Origin: Setoptus koraiensis
Taxonomy: Eukaryota > Animalia > Arthropoda
Assembly (NCBI GenBank): GCA_048013815.1
Contig: CM106585.1
Location: 15,810,001 to 15,874,000 of the forward strand
DNA: 64,000 nt
Direction of reading: 5' to 3'
The notes beneath the pieces are model-generated. The model was given only the letters and a program-made list of their open reading frames with translations, searched no databases and had not been told where the DNA came from. Positions 13,676 through 26,700 of the stretch are shown here, piece by piece. The position numbers and the translations under genes were made by a program. The stretch's first letter is position 1; each line of letters starts with the position of its first letter.

Positions 13676-15223
13676 TTGTTTTTTCTCTTCTTCTTCGCTT
13701 CTGCGTTTATTACCTTTATTATGATATTATTATAATTTTGCTATTCTGACTGCCCTTGCTTCCTTTTTCCTTTATCAAAAAACTATGGAAATGTCGATGG
13801 CTTGCTGTTGCTCGTTCATGAGAAAATATGAAGCTACAAATGATGCAAAACTGTGTTGTGTTTTTTCTCTCTCATCAGTTCCTACTTTTGGTGGCAATCA
13901 ATAGCAATGAGTATGGAATTGGACTAACAACGATGCGTCATACGCTCGGCCACTTTAGCTGACAAGCAACTTTTCTATTCAGAAGAAATTATGAAACTTA
14001 TCAGCAGTGAATTTCCAGGAAATCATGAGCCGATGCAGGACGAAATTTTTCTCTTTCTTTCTTTCTTTCTTCTTGTGTAAACTGGTTTAATCACTTGCTG
14101 TTGCTGCTGTTGTTGTCCTTCGATGGTGCTAGTCGCTTCTTCCAATCAATGATGCAAATATAAACATATTTATTCAGTCGATATTTTGCTTGAATCTTCA
14201 TTCCAAGTTCGGCCACCGCTTGCTCTGCGTCATATGACACATGTAAACTCGAGTGAATGCAATGGCGGACGCTGGAACATAACCGACGACGATATAAATG
14301 TATTCATGTTGTTGATGTTGTTATTGTTGGTCAACTGCGCCGACTGTCGCTGATTCAACATGAACGGACTTCTCGCGCGACGCGACGCGACCGAACGAAC
14401 GATCGGCTCCCCCGGCACATGCGCAGAACGAAATTAAAGAATCGCAAAAATTCCGTAGCGCCATCCAGAGGCCTCTTAGACAACAACTCAGATGCTTCCT
14501 ACAACTTTCGTATGTATAGGTGATTCACATCCGACAGTGTCCTTTCCCAAATGGGCTAAATCACCGTGAGACTTTCGCAAAAACTTTCTCATGGAGATAG
14601 TTTGTGAGAAAAGCGCAATGGTCAATTTGTGCTAGTCCAAAGATTAATTCTGATTTACTGATTGAAAAACTTGAGCTCTCGCTAAGGATCTCATTATACA
14701 AAGTGAAAAAGTGTGAACACATGACTCTATCCTACTTTGTAAAATCCATCGCGAAATTAGTGGAAAAAATTAAATAATTGGCTTGACCAGCGATGACAAT
14801 ATTTTGACTGTGCCAACTGATTTTAAGCCAGGAAGAGTGAGTCGTTGCCGGCAGCACAAAACGACCGATGATAATTGATCAAGAGGCCCTCGAAGACAGT
14901 TCTCACGTTCCGGTACTCCTTCCGATTTTTGAGTTAAGAATGGAGCTAACAGTTCAAAAAGACTCTATAACTCTACATCTACTAACATTCCTAATGAGAC
15001 AACCACAAACTCAAAGGTATATCGGACAAAATGAAAGTAGTATCTTCTACTGATTAATTTACTCTTGAATCTTTATGGCGGAGAAAGTATATGCAAATGG
15101 ACAGTGTTAGTTAATAATGATTATTATTATTATTAGATAGAGTTGTACTGATGTAATTGTCTGTTGCAATGCAAAACATTTTATCCATCTACATTCGTTT
15201 TTATATTGATATTATTACTATTA

Positions 15224-16189
15224 TTATTGATCTTTCTGTAAATCGCGCACTTGCCAATATCTGATGACGTGGTCAGTGTAGCCAGCGAATAGTAGCGATC
15301 CGTCGTGAGACCATGCCAATGAAACACAATGAGGTGATTTAGGTTTGGATGTTGAAGATATAACCTCAGGCCTCAATTCCTCAACTTGGTGTTTGTTCTC
15401 TAGATCCCAGATCTTGATGACTGGACCTGTGGCGACACACAACCAGTATCGGTTTGGCGAGAAACATAATGCGGTAATGATATCGTTGTGATCCAAAGTG
15501 TATAAATGTCGGCTGTCATTCAAGTCCCACAGCATAACTTTGAAGTCTTTTCCGCCCGATGCACACAATGAACCGTCAGGTGATACGGTGACTGTGTTCA
15601 AGTATCCAACGTGACCGTCGAAGGTATTTTTCAATTTGCAATTACTCAAGCTCCAAACTTTAACTATACGATCCCAGCCGGCACTAACAATGATTGGATT
15701 GGCTGTAGCTGGCGAAAATCTAACGCACGAAACCCAATCGTTATGTCCCTCAATTGTGAATTTACATTGTGCTAATGTATTCCATAACTTAATTGATTTA
15801 TCTCTAGATCCACTAACTATTTGACGATTATCAGCAGAGAAAGCAACACTGAGCACATCGTTGGTGTGATCTTCGAACCTGCGCGCCGTCTTGCCGGCCG
15901 TTAGATCCCACAAGCGGAGTGTCTTGTCCCATGAACCGGACAGAGCGTATTGACCATCCAATGAGAAGACAACATCTGTGATGAAGTGACCGTGACCCTT
16001 GAGACGTTTGTAAGGGTAGCCGTCTTCGGCGTTCAGCTTCCACAAGATGAGCGATTTGTCTCTAGATGAGCTCAGTACCGTGTCTGGAGTATGCTGGTTG
16101 GTTGCAATTTGTGTCACCCATCCATTGTGACCGTATAAAACACCCTTGGGAACAATGTCGAACAGTGGAGCCTCAATAGTTGCTGCCAT
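15224..16189 (-). CDS. RACK1: Receptor for activated C kinase 1 (7xWD40, 40S ribosome-associated), 321 aa, intronless CDS
   Basis: [98 protein letters not shown] are diagnostic RACK1 segments. Confidence 0.98.
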   Translation of the reverse strand: MAATIEAPLFDIVPKGVLYGHNGWVTQIATNQHTPDTVLSSSRDKSLILWKLNAEDGYPYKRLKGHGHFITDVVFSLDGQYALSGSWDKTLRLWDLTAGKTARRFEDHTNDVLSVAFSADNRQIVSGSRDKSIKLWNTLAQCKFTIEGHNDWVSCVRFSPATANPIIVSAGWDRIVKVWSLSNCKLKNTFDGHVGYLNTVTVSPDGSLCASGGKDFKVMLWDLNDSRHLYTLDHNDIITALCFSPNRYWLCVATGPVIKIWDLENKHQVEELRPEVISSTSKPKSPHCVSLAWSHDGSLLFAGYTDHVIRYWQVRDLQKDQ

Positions 16190-16197
16190 GATTGGTC

Positions 16198-16306
16198 CTA
16201 GCGATGATGATTTTGTTTTTTCTTATTTTGCGTTGAAATTATTAGTCTAGTTAGTTACTAATCCTGATTGAGTTGGCACCTTCAGATTTCTTTCTCGGTT
16301 GCTCAC
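16198..16306 (-). other. Possible 5'-UTR intron of RACK1
   Basis: On the minus strand there is a GTGAGC donor at 16306, an ACTAAT branch-like motif, and a TAG acceptor ending at 16198, eight nucleotides upstream of the ATG. Motif evidence only. Confidence 0.35.
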
Positions 16307-17087
16307 TCTTTTTGCTAAGGCCAATTGAACGTGTTGGTGGTGTGGTAGTTGTTCAACAACAAATAATATAGTAGCCGTGATGATAATAATTTAGTAATAA
16401 TAGGAAAGATTATAGTTAGTCTGTAAATTTCAGATCAATACCAGAGACAGAGAGTAAGTGCTAATAATGTTGGAGAAGCCGGCCAGATTGACAATACACG
16501 AATAAGTGAACATGCATGTGGTTCTCCATTACATGGAGCTGCTGCTGCTTAAATTACTCGCGAACACTTGTATTCAGCATGCAAGCGCACATTGAGGATA
16601 GCACACACACGTCCGGATGGACTCGATTCTGCCATTGCGCACGCTCAGATGCTATTTGCGCGAAATATAAACTGTCTTTTTTCAAAAAAAAAAAAAAAAT
16701 CAAAGCCCAAAATCCCCTGTTATGCAAACAGGTGCTCGCAATTTCTTTCATGTCAGATATCGAGACGAGATGAGAATGATCATCATTATCGCAATCTACC
16801 ACACACACCATCGTGTGTCTCTGGGCAGGTGAATCGTCATTAACATTTCGGAGATATTACCTAACGAGCCGCCGCATTGGAAATCTCACAACAACGTAGG
16901 ACGCCCGAGCAACATCTTAACACAAGGTTGTTTTCATTCCGTCTGTGTAACCCAACCCACATATGCCACATATTCAGCCTATCCAGTGTGACAATCTGAT
17001 AACAAATTCACTAGTTGGCCAGACACAACCACATACTCCATACATTCGCAACGGCTAATTGATTAAAACCACCAGCAATCTTCCAAA

Positions 17088-18097
17088 ATGAACACTTCCA
17101 AACTTGTGCCTGTCTCTAGAATCCTCAGCAATTCTAGGGGCCTGCCGTCGTTCTTGAGCCGTTCTTTGAGCACCAAGAGCAAAGCTTCAAGTGCATCGGA
17201 TATTTATGTACCAAGCACTAAACTGGCAAACAAAGTTGCCATTGTGACCGCCTCAACTCAAGGGTGAGTCTTCGAGACAACGATTTTATAACAAGCCGGC
17301 TGGACACCGACACACCCAAGCACACTAGAATGCCTTCATAAGTAAAACCATCTAGGTAGACTCATCTTTTCTAACTCAAATTTTTGTTCGTCCTCAGTAT
17401 TGGATTTTCCATTGCTAGAAAACTTGCAACCGACGGAGCCAAGGTAGTAATAAGCAGCAGAAAGGAGGAGAATGTCAATGAAGCCCTCGCTAAGCTGAAA
17501 TCGTACAATCTCGACGTGGCAGGTCTCACGTGTCATGTCGGCAAGGAGGAAGATAGACAGAGAGTTGTTGACTTTACTATAAAACAGTATGGCAAAATAG
17601 ATTTTCTCATATCGAATGCCGCAGCCAATCCTCATATGGGAGACATACTGGACATCACTGAGAGCCAATATGACAAAATATTTGATATCAATGTTAAGTC
17701 GGCATTTATGCTCACGCAGAAGATTGTTCCACACATGAAAAAGAATGGCCCAGATGGTGGCTCTATTGTCTTCGTAGGATCAATTGCCGGATATGTACCG
17801 TTTCCAATGATAGGGATGTACTCGGTGTCTAAGACAGCTCTACTTGGCCTGACAAAAGTATTGTCTTCCACGTTAGCTCAAGAGAATATCAGGGTCAACA
17901 ACATAGTTCCCGGTCTGGTAGAGACCAAATTTAGTGAGATCCTAATGAACGATGAAGTAGCTGCGTTAGCGGATGTAAAACGATTCGGACAACCGGACGA
18001 ACTAGGAGGTATTGTCAGCTTCTTATGCAGTAAAGAAGCTTCCTTTGTGACGGGCGAAAGTATTTGCGTCACTGGTGGATTTCCGTCCAGACTTTGA
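17088..18097 (+). CDS. DHRS4: Dehydrogenase/reductase SDR family member 4-like, 291 aa; exons 17088-17263 and 17398-18097
   Basis: Exon 1 MNTSKLV...KLANKVAIVTASTQG|gtgagt joins ctcag|T ATT GGA (phase 2) to give TASTQGIG, the DHRS4-type Rossmann motif. Also present: VISSRKEENV, LISNAAANP, catalytic YSVSK, NIRVNNIVPGLVETKFS and a C-terminal PTS1 tripeptide SRL. Confidence 0.93.
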
Positions 18098-20920
18098 AAC
18101 AAACTCTTGTGTTTTTTATGCCTATTCGATTATAACTTAATCTCAAAATGTTTGTAAGGTATGTCAGAATCGTGTCATTTGGATAGAAGATTTCGGGTTA
18201 TCATTTCACCAAACTTAGGCGCATTTTTTTGCACACTATATATACTCATTATATACTATATATAGACAGTTGAGACAGTTCCATTAATGTTCCCGCTCGG
18301 CGTTGAAATGCCTGGGGTTTTTATCAATGATATATAAAATTTTTGCCGTTGAAGATATTCACATCTTGTTGAATGAAACGACATTCGATTTGTAATCTCA
18401 GTGGTGTGGAAAAGCACCACCAAACTAACTTACTTATTTAAAAGGATTAGTCGGCTCTGGCCAATCATTCCTTAGTTATGGATTAGTTGAGCTGCCTCTC
18501 TGTGCATTTCACTTGGCTCCCATGTAAAATTTGTTTTCTCATTTTAGTCAAGCGAAAAACAGTCCGGGACAACCCCATCAGAGACTTTCGAAAGCTTGCA
18601 ATGACCACACACGAGACAGGTAGTAAAAAGCGTCAGATAGACAGGTTACAAAGAAACATGACAACTGCTTCAAACTCTCAGAAAAGAATGATCCAATCAA
18701 TTCAACTATCGCAATGACAAATCTGACAGCTTTAGTACCTGAGTTTTGGCCACAATATCAAGCTCTTGTCGAAGCTCGCAATGTTATTCTTCAATCCGAT
18801 TCCTCTATCCGTTGTGGTTATGTTGTTATTAATTTGTGAAAAATATCATAACCAGCTCGTATAATAATAACAAAAAAGTAATAGTTGCCAGGACAGAATT
18901 CAACGAATATTACTGGCGAAATGTGATGACAGAACAAGGTAAATATTCATTTGAAGTTCATTGACACCTCGCATAGAAGTTAGATCACCTGAGTGGCGTT
19001 GCCATTAGCAACCATGCATGGATAGCAGCACCCAAATGTCGCTTGAGGGTATTGTCTAAGTAGTGCAGTCTATTTGTGGAATATTATCCAACGGACATGA
19101 TGATAGAATAATAACTGGAAGACATTGGCTAGTTTATTCAATTAGCGCGTCAGGTATATAAGGATGCAAACATATGCATCGTCTAAAGCATACACTCAGT
19201 TCAAGATTGATGATAACTAATTGCATTTTAGTGAGGACTATTACTATACTGTACTATTACTATATTGTGCTTGTGGCACGTGACAGCTATTGTGACATCT
19301 TTACCGAAAGAAAAACGCAAATGCCACGGTAGACACGAATGACAATAATAGATAAAAACAGTATTGACCAACATAAGGAAGATGTGTCAACAAAACAATG
19401 TTCGTAGCTAAAAAACAAAGAAACGGAACAAACACAGTCTATCGGCGGTTGTATGTTATTATATTTCATCTTTACATTATACTATCAAAGAGGGGCATTC
19501 TATTGGTAAGTGTATTGGAGGTGGACATTGTTGTTGACCATTTTGTCTCAGCAGAGGATGCCATCATCTCAAGTTATCTCATGAGAGTGTTTCATCTAGA
19601 AAGATGTCGGATGCTCTATGTAGCTGTTGTCCATTTGTTGTTATCCCACACAATGGCCGCGATGACCACAATGGCCATAATTCTTCTACTTATACACCAT
19701 GTACCATGGGAACCAACTTAGTGGAAGCAATGCGATGAGACACAGGCAAAGAGAGAGGTAGACCACAGACACCTTTTGCAGAAAAGAAAAAATCCATCTG
19801 GCTCATGTTCTAAGCAACAAGATAGCTCAGGCACTGGAATTATTCGTGCGCTCACAATCTATTCATTGAAATATCATTGATGATTTAATAACACGATTTT
19901 TGTTGTTTTGTCATTCATATTAGCGTGGCATCATTTGTTATTGTTGCATACGCAGTGGGTATTAACCTCATCAGATCGGTACGTACAGAGTGTTTTGTTA
20001 GCAGGCATGACAAGTGATGCCAATTGACACAATTAGGACACAATTGGTCCCTCACCTGTAAATGTGCATGTGCCATATCAGACTTAACAAACAGATCTGA
20101 GATACGTTGGACTTAAACAGTTAGAGAGCAGACATTCACACAGACTGTGTAATAGGCATCAAAATAGCGAGAGAGACAACAAGGCTAACAGGTGAGTCGC
20201 GTTAGTGAGTCTTTTGTACTGCTGCAATTCTGTAGCACATGACTATCGCAAGATAGATCTACACTAAACTGGGTGAGAGAGCGAGAGAGAGAGAGTCGGA
20301 CGAACAACTAACAAAAAGAATGGATTTGTCTGGATTTTTTCGCTTCTGAATTCGCTCGCCGTGTCTCCGCATCTCTGGTGGTCGTTTTGTCGAGATTAAG
20401 GACATGTTCCAGTGAATAGATCTGTCAGTGGTGAGATACCGAATATTGCCGCCATGACAAGCAGCCAGCATTGGATAAGCCGGTCGTCGTTGCCGTCTAA
20501 AAATGTCGGTACAAAGACAAAAGCGTCTAATTGTTGGTCGCTTAATCATAACACTGTGTTATGTTAACAGTGCCAGCTTCCCAACTTTCTATCTAGGAGC
20601 TTTTATCTGTGAGCCATGTCAGCGTGTGTGGGAGTGAGCTCGCATTTGTTTGTTGTTCGCTGGCGAGCCTCACAAATTCTGGCTCACATCGCCGTGCCGT
20701 ATTCCGCAAGGCTGCCGTATGACAGTTGCACAGTTAGAAATAACAACAACAACAACAACAGCGACAACAACAACAGCAACACTTCGCTTGTTACCGCAAC
20801 AATCCGATAGGTGTGGCCTCTTCCAGGTGGCGCGCTTGCAGCAACAGATGTCAGGCCAGTCGTCCGACTGTGCGTTAACCGCTTCACGCTAGCTGGCTCG
20901 GCGAGCCTAGCTTGCCAGGC

Positions 20921-20933
20921 TGTCGTTGTTGTC

Positions 20934-21023
<90 letters not shown>
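20921..21023. repeat. (GTT)n microsatellite
   Basis: About 100 bp of GTT units with a few GTC variants. Confidence 0.97.
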
Positions 21024-21024
<1 letters not shown>

Positions 21025-22094
21025 TGTTGCTCGGCTCATTCGAGCAGCAACTGTCAAACTGCACAGACGTTTTGTGTGTTATAAGCCCTTGTTGAAACAA
21101 CAAAATTCATCTGACAACGAGAGAGCGACAAATCACCCAAGAGCATCAAGTCTAACAAGAGACTCATCATTCTAGATTGTTGATATTGTTATTTTAAATG
21201 CGCGATATCATTGTTTGCGCTATCAAGCCAGCATCGCCAACTTGTAATGTGCATCGTAAAAATATTTTAATTTCAGCACCGAGAGAATTGCTGCCGCGTC
21301 AGTGTGGTAGCTGTTTATTGGTTAGTCAGCAAAGAGTGAGTAGTTAAAGAATAAAATCACCTACAGCAACAGCAACAACACAACAAGCGCCAGAAACAAC
21401 AGCGTAATTGAATGCAAGCCACACTTAACAGCATCACCACAAACAGCAACAGCAAACTATTAATAATATTGTCAGCTTCCTGCAGCTAGATTATGCGACT
21501 GAATTTCATCGCACTATTCCAACCGACGAAAGAATTCAACGCCAGAGCGGCAACCTTGCCCGAATCCTGTTCCTATTATGACTTTATTTGTTTTCTCTGC
21601 CTGTCTGTCTGTCTCTCCAAAAGTTTGTGCATAACAACAACTGATAGGTGCTAGTGCGAACACACAACTACCACAACAAAGCAAGTGATGCGGTTGCTCC
21701 ATGACAACACACACACACACACACCACGTACGTCGTCTTGACTAACAGCAACGCCACGCAACAGGTAACTCGGTTGTATGCAAACAACAACAACAACAGT
21801 GATTGATGAGTTGCAAAATTTTGTTTGCCATCGCAGGACGCACAGGAGTGCCCTTTTGTGAGCCCTTTCGAAGCCGGAGCAGCTTACTATTTGCTATCAG
21901 CGCGCCTTTGTCTGCTCTCTCACACTGAACACTCCGGAATCCGGATAGTATCGCCAATATATTGCAATAAGTGCAAAGCTAGACGCCGTCGGCTAGCGAG
22001 TCAAGTGCAGCCGACTGCTGCCTCTAGTGACAGTGTATGAATGGGTAGGTACTTGTTGTTCGTTTCACTTTGTTAGCTGGAGCGGAGAGAGAAT

Positions 22095-22158
22095 AGCTCG
22101 CTTGCGTTTAGGGATATGCGAGTGAGCTCGCTTGCGTTTAGGGATATACGAGTTAGCT
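22095..22158. repeat. 30-bp tandem duplication
   Basis: AGCTCGCTTGCGTTTAGGGATAT(G/A)CGAGT(G/T) occurs twice, at 22095 and 22125. Confidence 0.9.
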
Positions 22159-23483
22159 AAGTTGGGGTTGGTTGGGCACACACCAGGTTAGTTAGCTGTT
22201 GCGTTCACATGGTCGGATATCATCGTCGCGCAGTGTTAGCACAAGCGCGCACACTGTGACAGCACAATAGTCGCAAGTCTTGCAAGATGGTGCGAGCCAA
22301 TCAAGTTTGCCATTACTATATCTATTACTTATACACATGATAGATATATTATTACTATCATTTGTGAGCTCGCATTCCGACAGTCGCTGTCGAGCAGTCG
22401 CTGTCGAGCCGTCGCTGTTGAGTCGCAGTGCGTGTGCGTGTGTGTGTGTGTGTTGATGGCGGTGGCTCGATAATCGTTATAGCATTCGCGCATTATCAGC
22501 TCGCTCTCGCCGTGCGTGCCTGATAATGGCTGATAAAGTAGTCTACAAACAGAGCTTGCTGGCAGCGTTAGCATATAGGCATAATGGATAGCGCATTAGG
22601 CTGCCGCTCGGGCCGCGCTAACAGCCAGCCACAGGTATGGCTGCCACAGGTTGTACTCGCAAGCAGCGTCGTCGACGTTGTTGACGATGTTTTTTCGTGC
22701 GTACTACAGTACACAAATGTGTGTGTGTGTGCTGTTACTGTTGCTCTTGGGACTGCACTCTTGCAGCCCCGCCAGCCCAAGCTTGGCCAGCCAGCCAGCC
22801 AGCCCAAGCTCGGCCAGCTAGCCCAAGCTGCTTGTTGAGCACACTCAACGGAGTGGGGGCCGCGCTGCAAGTGGTTGTAGTGGCTGGCGAGCAACTTGCC
22901 CAATCGGTGCGCTCGCAGCAGCAGCAGCCGTTCGACAGCCACACTCGCTGTGAGTGCGCATTCTGCAATTGTGCAAATTACAGTCGACACAGTGTTGCCA
23001 TCGACAGCCAGTGGTACAGCCAGCCATCGCATGCCATAGTAACCATTAACACTTTCTCCTCTTGCCACCATTGCGCTCATTGCAGTGCGTGCAGTGTCTG
23101 CGTTGCAGGAAAAGCAGTTTTGTTATTCGCGATTCACCCGTCGCATCACACACCGACTTTTGTGCCAAGTTTTGTGCGACTCTTGAGCGACTTTTTGGCG
23201 ACTCTTGTCCCCAGTGCCCAACCAAAATACAGCAGCCCGTGCGACACACACACACCCAGAGAGCGGAAACGCAAGCGCAACAAATAGCAGCCAGCGACTG
23301 TTGCATGCCAGCAGGCGCGAATGCAAATCGAATATTGGGAGCGCGAAGAGTGCGCACAACAAAATCGAATTTCGCCCTCGAGTCACACTCGACCAATGCC
23401 GCGGCCATCTTGGTGTGCAAGCGTGTGCGTGTGTGCGCGGCCTGTGTGAGCGCCCGAAATTGTTCGACGGCCAGCGCCGGGCA

Positions 23484-23567
23484 GCAACAGTTCGACGGCA
23501 GCAGCTCGACGACAACAGTTCGGCGACAACAGTTCGATCGCAACAGTTCGACGACAACAGTTCGACA
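23484..23567. repeat. 14-bp degenerate tandem repeat, 6 units (RCAACAGTTCGACG)
   Basis: Units at 23484, 23498, 23512, 23526, 23540 and 23554, about 220 bp upstream of the giant ORF. Confidence 0.85.
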
Positions 23568-23640
23568 CCGATCGTCGCTAATTAATTAGTCCGCATTGAC
23601 GAGCGACCAAACGTGCGCTCGGCGCAATTATTTTTATCCG

Positions 23641-23722
23641 CATTATTAACATTATCATCATTATTATTATTATATCATTATTATTGAATCATTATTATTA
23701 TTATTATATCGTTATTATTGTT
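23641..23722. repeat. (ATT/ATC)n low-complexity tract
   Basis: Degenerate ATT/ATC trinucleotide run immediately upstream of the giant ORF. Confidence 0.8.
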
Positions 23723-23789
23723 GTATCGCAACCGTTTATCGCCACCATCGTTAAATTAATATAGTATCGCCTGAGCATCGCAGACCAAC

Positions 23790-26700
23790 ATGGAGGACAA
23801 GCTGCGCCACCAGTACAATCACAGATTAATTGTCGACGACGACGACGACGACGACGATTACGACAGCGCCAACGATCGACAGCAAGATACCGCCAGCGAC
23901 GAGAACAATCACAACTATCACAGCTACAATCAGCGCCACTCTAATTCGCTTCCGACAACAAACAAGTATACTACCAGCAACACTAATAATGGCAACCATC
24001 ACAATAACACTGCAACGATTAGCGCCGCAACAAATTACAAACAGCAGCAGCAGCAGCAAAACAGTGGCTACCATCAACAAAACCAACAACACAACAACAA
24101 CGACGCAACAAACTCAATTTGTCACTCGGAAGATGGTCGCGCACCCTCAACTATATCGTTCAATTCCGGCTGCTACTCGCTACTGGACTCGTGGAAACAG
24201 AGACGCCATCGCCACCAGCAAGCTAACAAGGCCCACTCTACGCTCACCACAACCAGTCGCGCCTCGTCTACACACAGGCCAGAGTCAACATTGTCCTCTT
24301 ACATAAGCTCAAAATTGCGCATTGCTAAACCTAAGAGGGCCCCGCTCGGATTAAGTCAGCATTATGTCACAGACAGCAGAAGGCGACGCCGGGCCAACGA
24401 GCTCATATTGCGCACAATAGAGGCACGCAGGCGATTAATGGCCGCATCGCCGACCTTTTCCACTATGACTGATAACACTACGGTAACAGGCCGATTTTCC
24501 TATTCAATTCAACCCAACAGCCAACAACCTGCTTCTGCTGCTGCAACCGCTCCTGCAGCCAATGCGCAGGCACCACACTCGAGCTCAATGCAGCCAGTAG
24601 CGGCAAATCACCAACCAGCAACAACAGTAAAATATGGCAACAACACTAATAATAACAACAGAAATAATATTAATGATAGTATTAGTAGTCAACACAATGA
24701 TAGCGATATAACTAGTAGCTATTACACCACTAATAATAATTATATGACTACTACACCAATTAGAACAAAGTCGCCATCTCCCAGGCCTATGGCGTCATCA
24801 TCAAATCAGCATCAACGTTTTAGAGCTACAACAAACAACAGCTCTCTCAATGAACCATACAACACCACCGCCTTTGCTAACAGTCAAAAGCAGCCACCAT
24901 CGCCATTACTATTACGTCAAAATCACCAGCAACAACAACACCATCTGTCATACCACAACGAGCCACCACCTTTAGCTAAACTAGACGATACTACCAGCGA
25001 GAGTGACGCACTCAACAGCAACAACTCCAACAACAGATCATCTCAATCAAAATTGTTGAGACGTCGCATAAACACATCGAATATTAGTGTGTCCTCTTCA
25101 TCAGATTCATCTACATCAACTTCAACTTCTCTATCGCATCTAGTGACCGACGAGCAGAAAGATCTACCCGATTGCATTATGAGATCAGCATCTTCCTTGC
25201 TTGCGCTCCAAAGAGAGCTGCAAAGGAGTAATCACGATTCAAATATGAGACCTAGAGTAGTGAAACAACAAACTCAAAACGATAGAGATAGCAAGAATTC
25301 TTCCCATATACCCGCCACTACAACAGCACCAACAACAAATAGTAGCAACAACCCGGTTACCCGACAGAATAAGCGTCTTAGTAGACCTGCTATAAGACGT
25401 GATTCCATGCGCCGAATGCGACTCCTTAATACTTCATCACCAACTAAACCATTGAAGTCTTTGCTTCAACAAACTATTAATCCCGAGTCTGCTACCACCA
25501 CCTATGGTCAGAGCATGTTGCCTCGCGGACCACTTGCCGAGCTCAGCAACAAAGGCCGAACAGCCATGATGTCCGCGAGTGATTCAATGCAAAGTCATGG
25601 CGCAGCTGTAAGTGAAACAAATAAATCCTATTGGCCTAGAGAGAATAATAGCTTAAAATCAGACAGATCAAATGCTGATAGTAGACATGGTGACAAAAGT
25701 CACAGCTATAGATCAACATCATCTGCTCTGAAGCCAAAAGATGAGGAATCAAGATCAAAGAGAAAAATATTAAATGAACGAGGAATGTCACAACAAACAA
25801 GTGCTATCCAGGATAGTGCCCGAGTTAGTGACTATAACTCAAACAAAGCCTTCAATGACGCCCGTAGATCTCATTCAGATCTAATCAACAATGAGAATCA
25901 GCACATTTTTTCACCTAAGCCATCATCATCAACAATCCACAATAAAAATAAATCTACTAGATTGAGTAATCAGTCTAATAGTCAGCAATATGATTCGACA
26001 ACAGCGCCATATAATATATATAGCTACGACAGCAATAAGAAGACTAGTAGTACAAGTGCCAATCAAAACCACCGATACCTCGATGACAAGCATCGTGACA
26101 ATATTGTCACTAGTCTGACGACATCTAAAGCTCTTAACAACAATGACAAAGAGAATAAGCCAAATTATCGTAAAGGCTCATTTATAGAGGACATAGTGAA
26201 AAATAAAGGTTTCAAAATTGATAATCAACACCCGACTGATTATGTCAACGTTAGTTATAACTACGACAGAAGTACAAATACTAATGACAACAAAACTAGG
26301 TCATCAGCTATAAAGCAGCAAAGGCAAGAAACACTAATCAAGAAAGGTGACACTAGGCAAACAGAGAAACACCAGAGTGACACATCAATTCCAAGTGAGC
26401 GAAGTAAAAGAGAACTAGCTTCTCATTCAAATGAATCGACCAAATCAAGAAGCGAAACATATTTCAGATCGAGCAATGAGAGCTACAATTACGCTGACGC
26501 ACCATCAACTTTAAACAGTGCGCAGTCGCGGTCATTATCTGAATCGCAAACGAGTCAGCACAATCGATCCGATAATATTCGAAAAATGCCCAGAGATCAG
26601 TATGATCAAAATAGATCAGGGCGACTCACAAAAGATCCCGTAGATGTTTTAGGTACAATGTCTTCGAATAGTACAAGTTTCCTAGATGATGCCACATCGA

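Noticed and set aside
16516-16843. Short ORFs between RACK1 and DHRS4, around an A15 tract
   Set aside because: No supportable homology; the poly-Lys is simply the A-run.
15224-17088. Robo-RACK1 adjacency and the RACK1/DHRS4 head-to-head arrangement (about 900 bp apart)
   Set aside because: Close divergent gene pairs are normal in compact genomes; there is no sequence evidence of functional linkage.
18480-19830. Several short hydrophobic open stretches that could be remnants of a membrane-protein gene
   Set aside because: Fragmentary frames with no family motif and no consistent exon chain.
20921-21023. Poly-Thr, poly-Val and poly-Cys ORFs
   Set aside because: These are translations of the (GTT)n microsatellite.
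22107-22143. TTTAGGG telomere-like heptamers in the 30-bp duplication
   Set aside because: Only two isolated copies, not an array.
23484-23567. Repeat clusters here and at 37140 considered as CRISPR-like arrays
   Set aside because: Contiguous tandem units without unique spacers, in a eukaryotic context.
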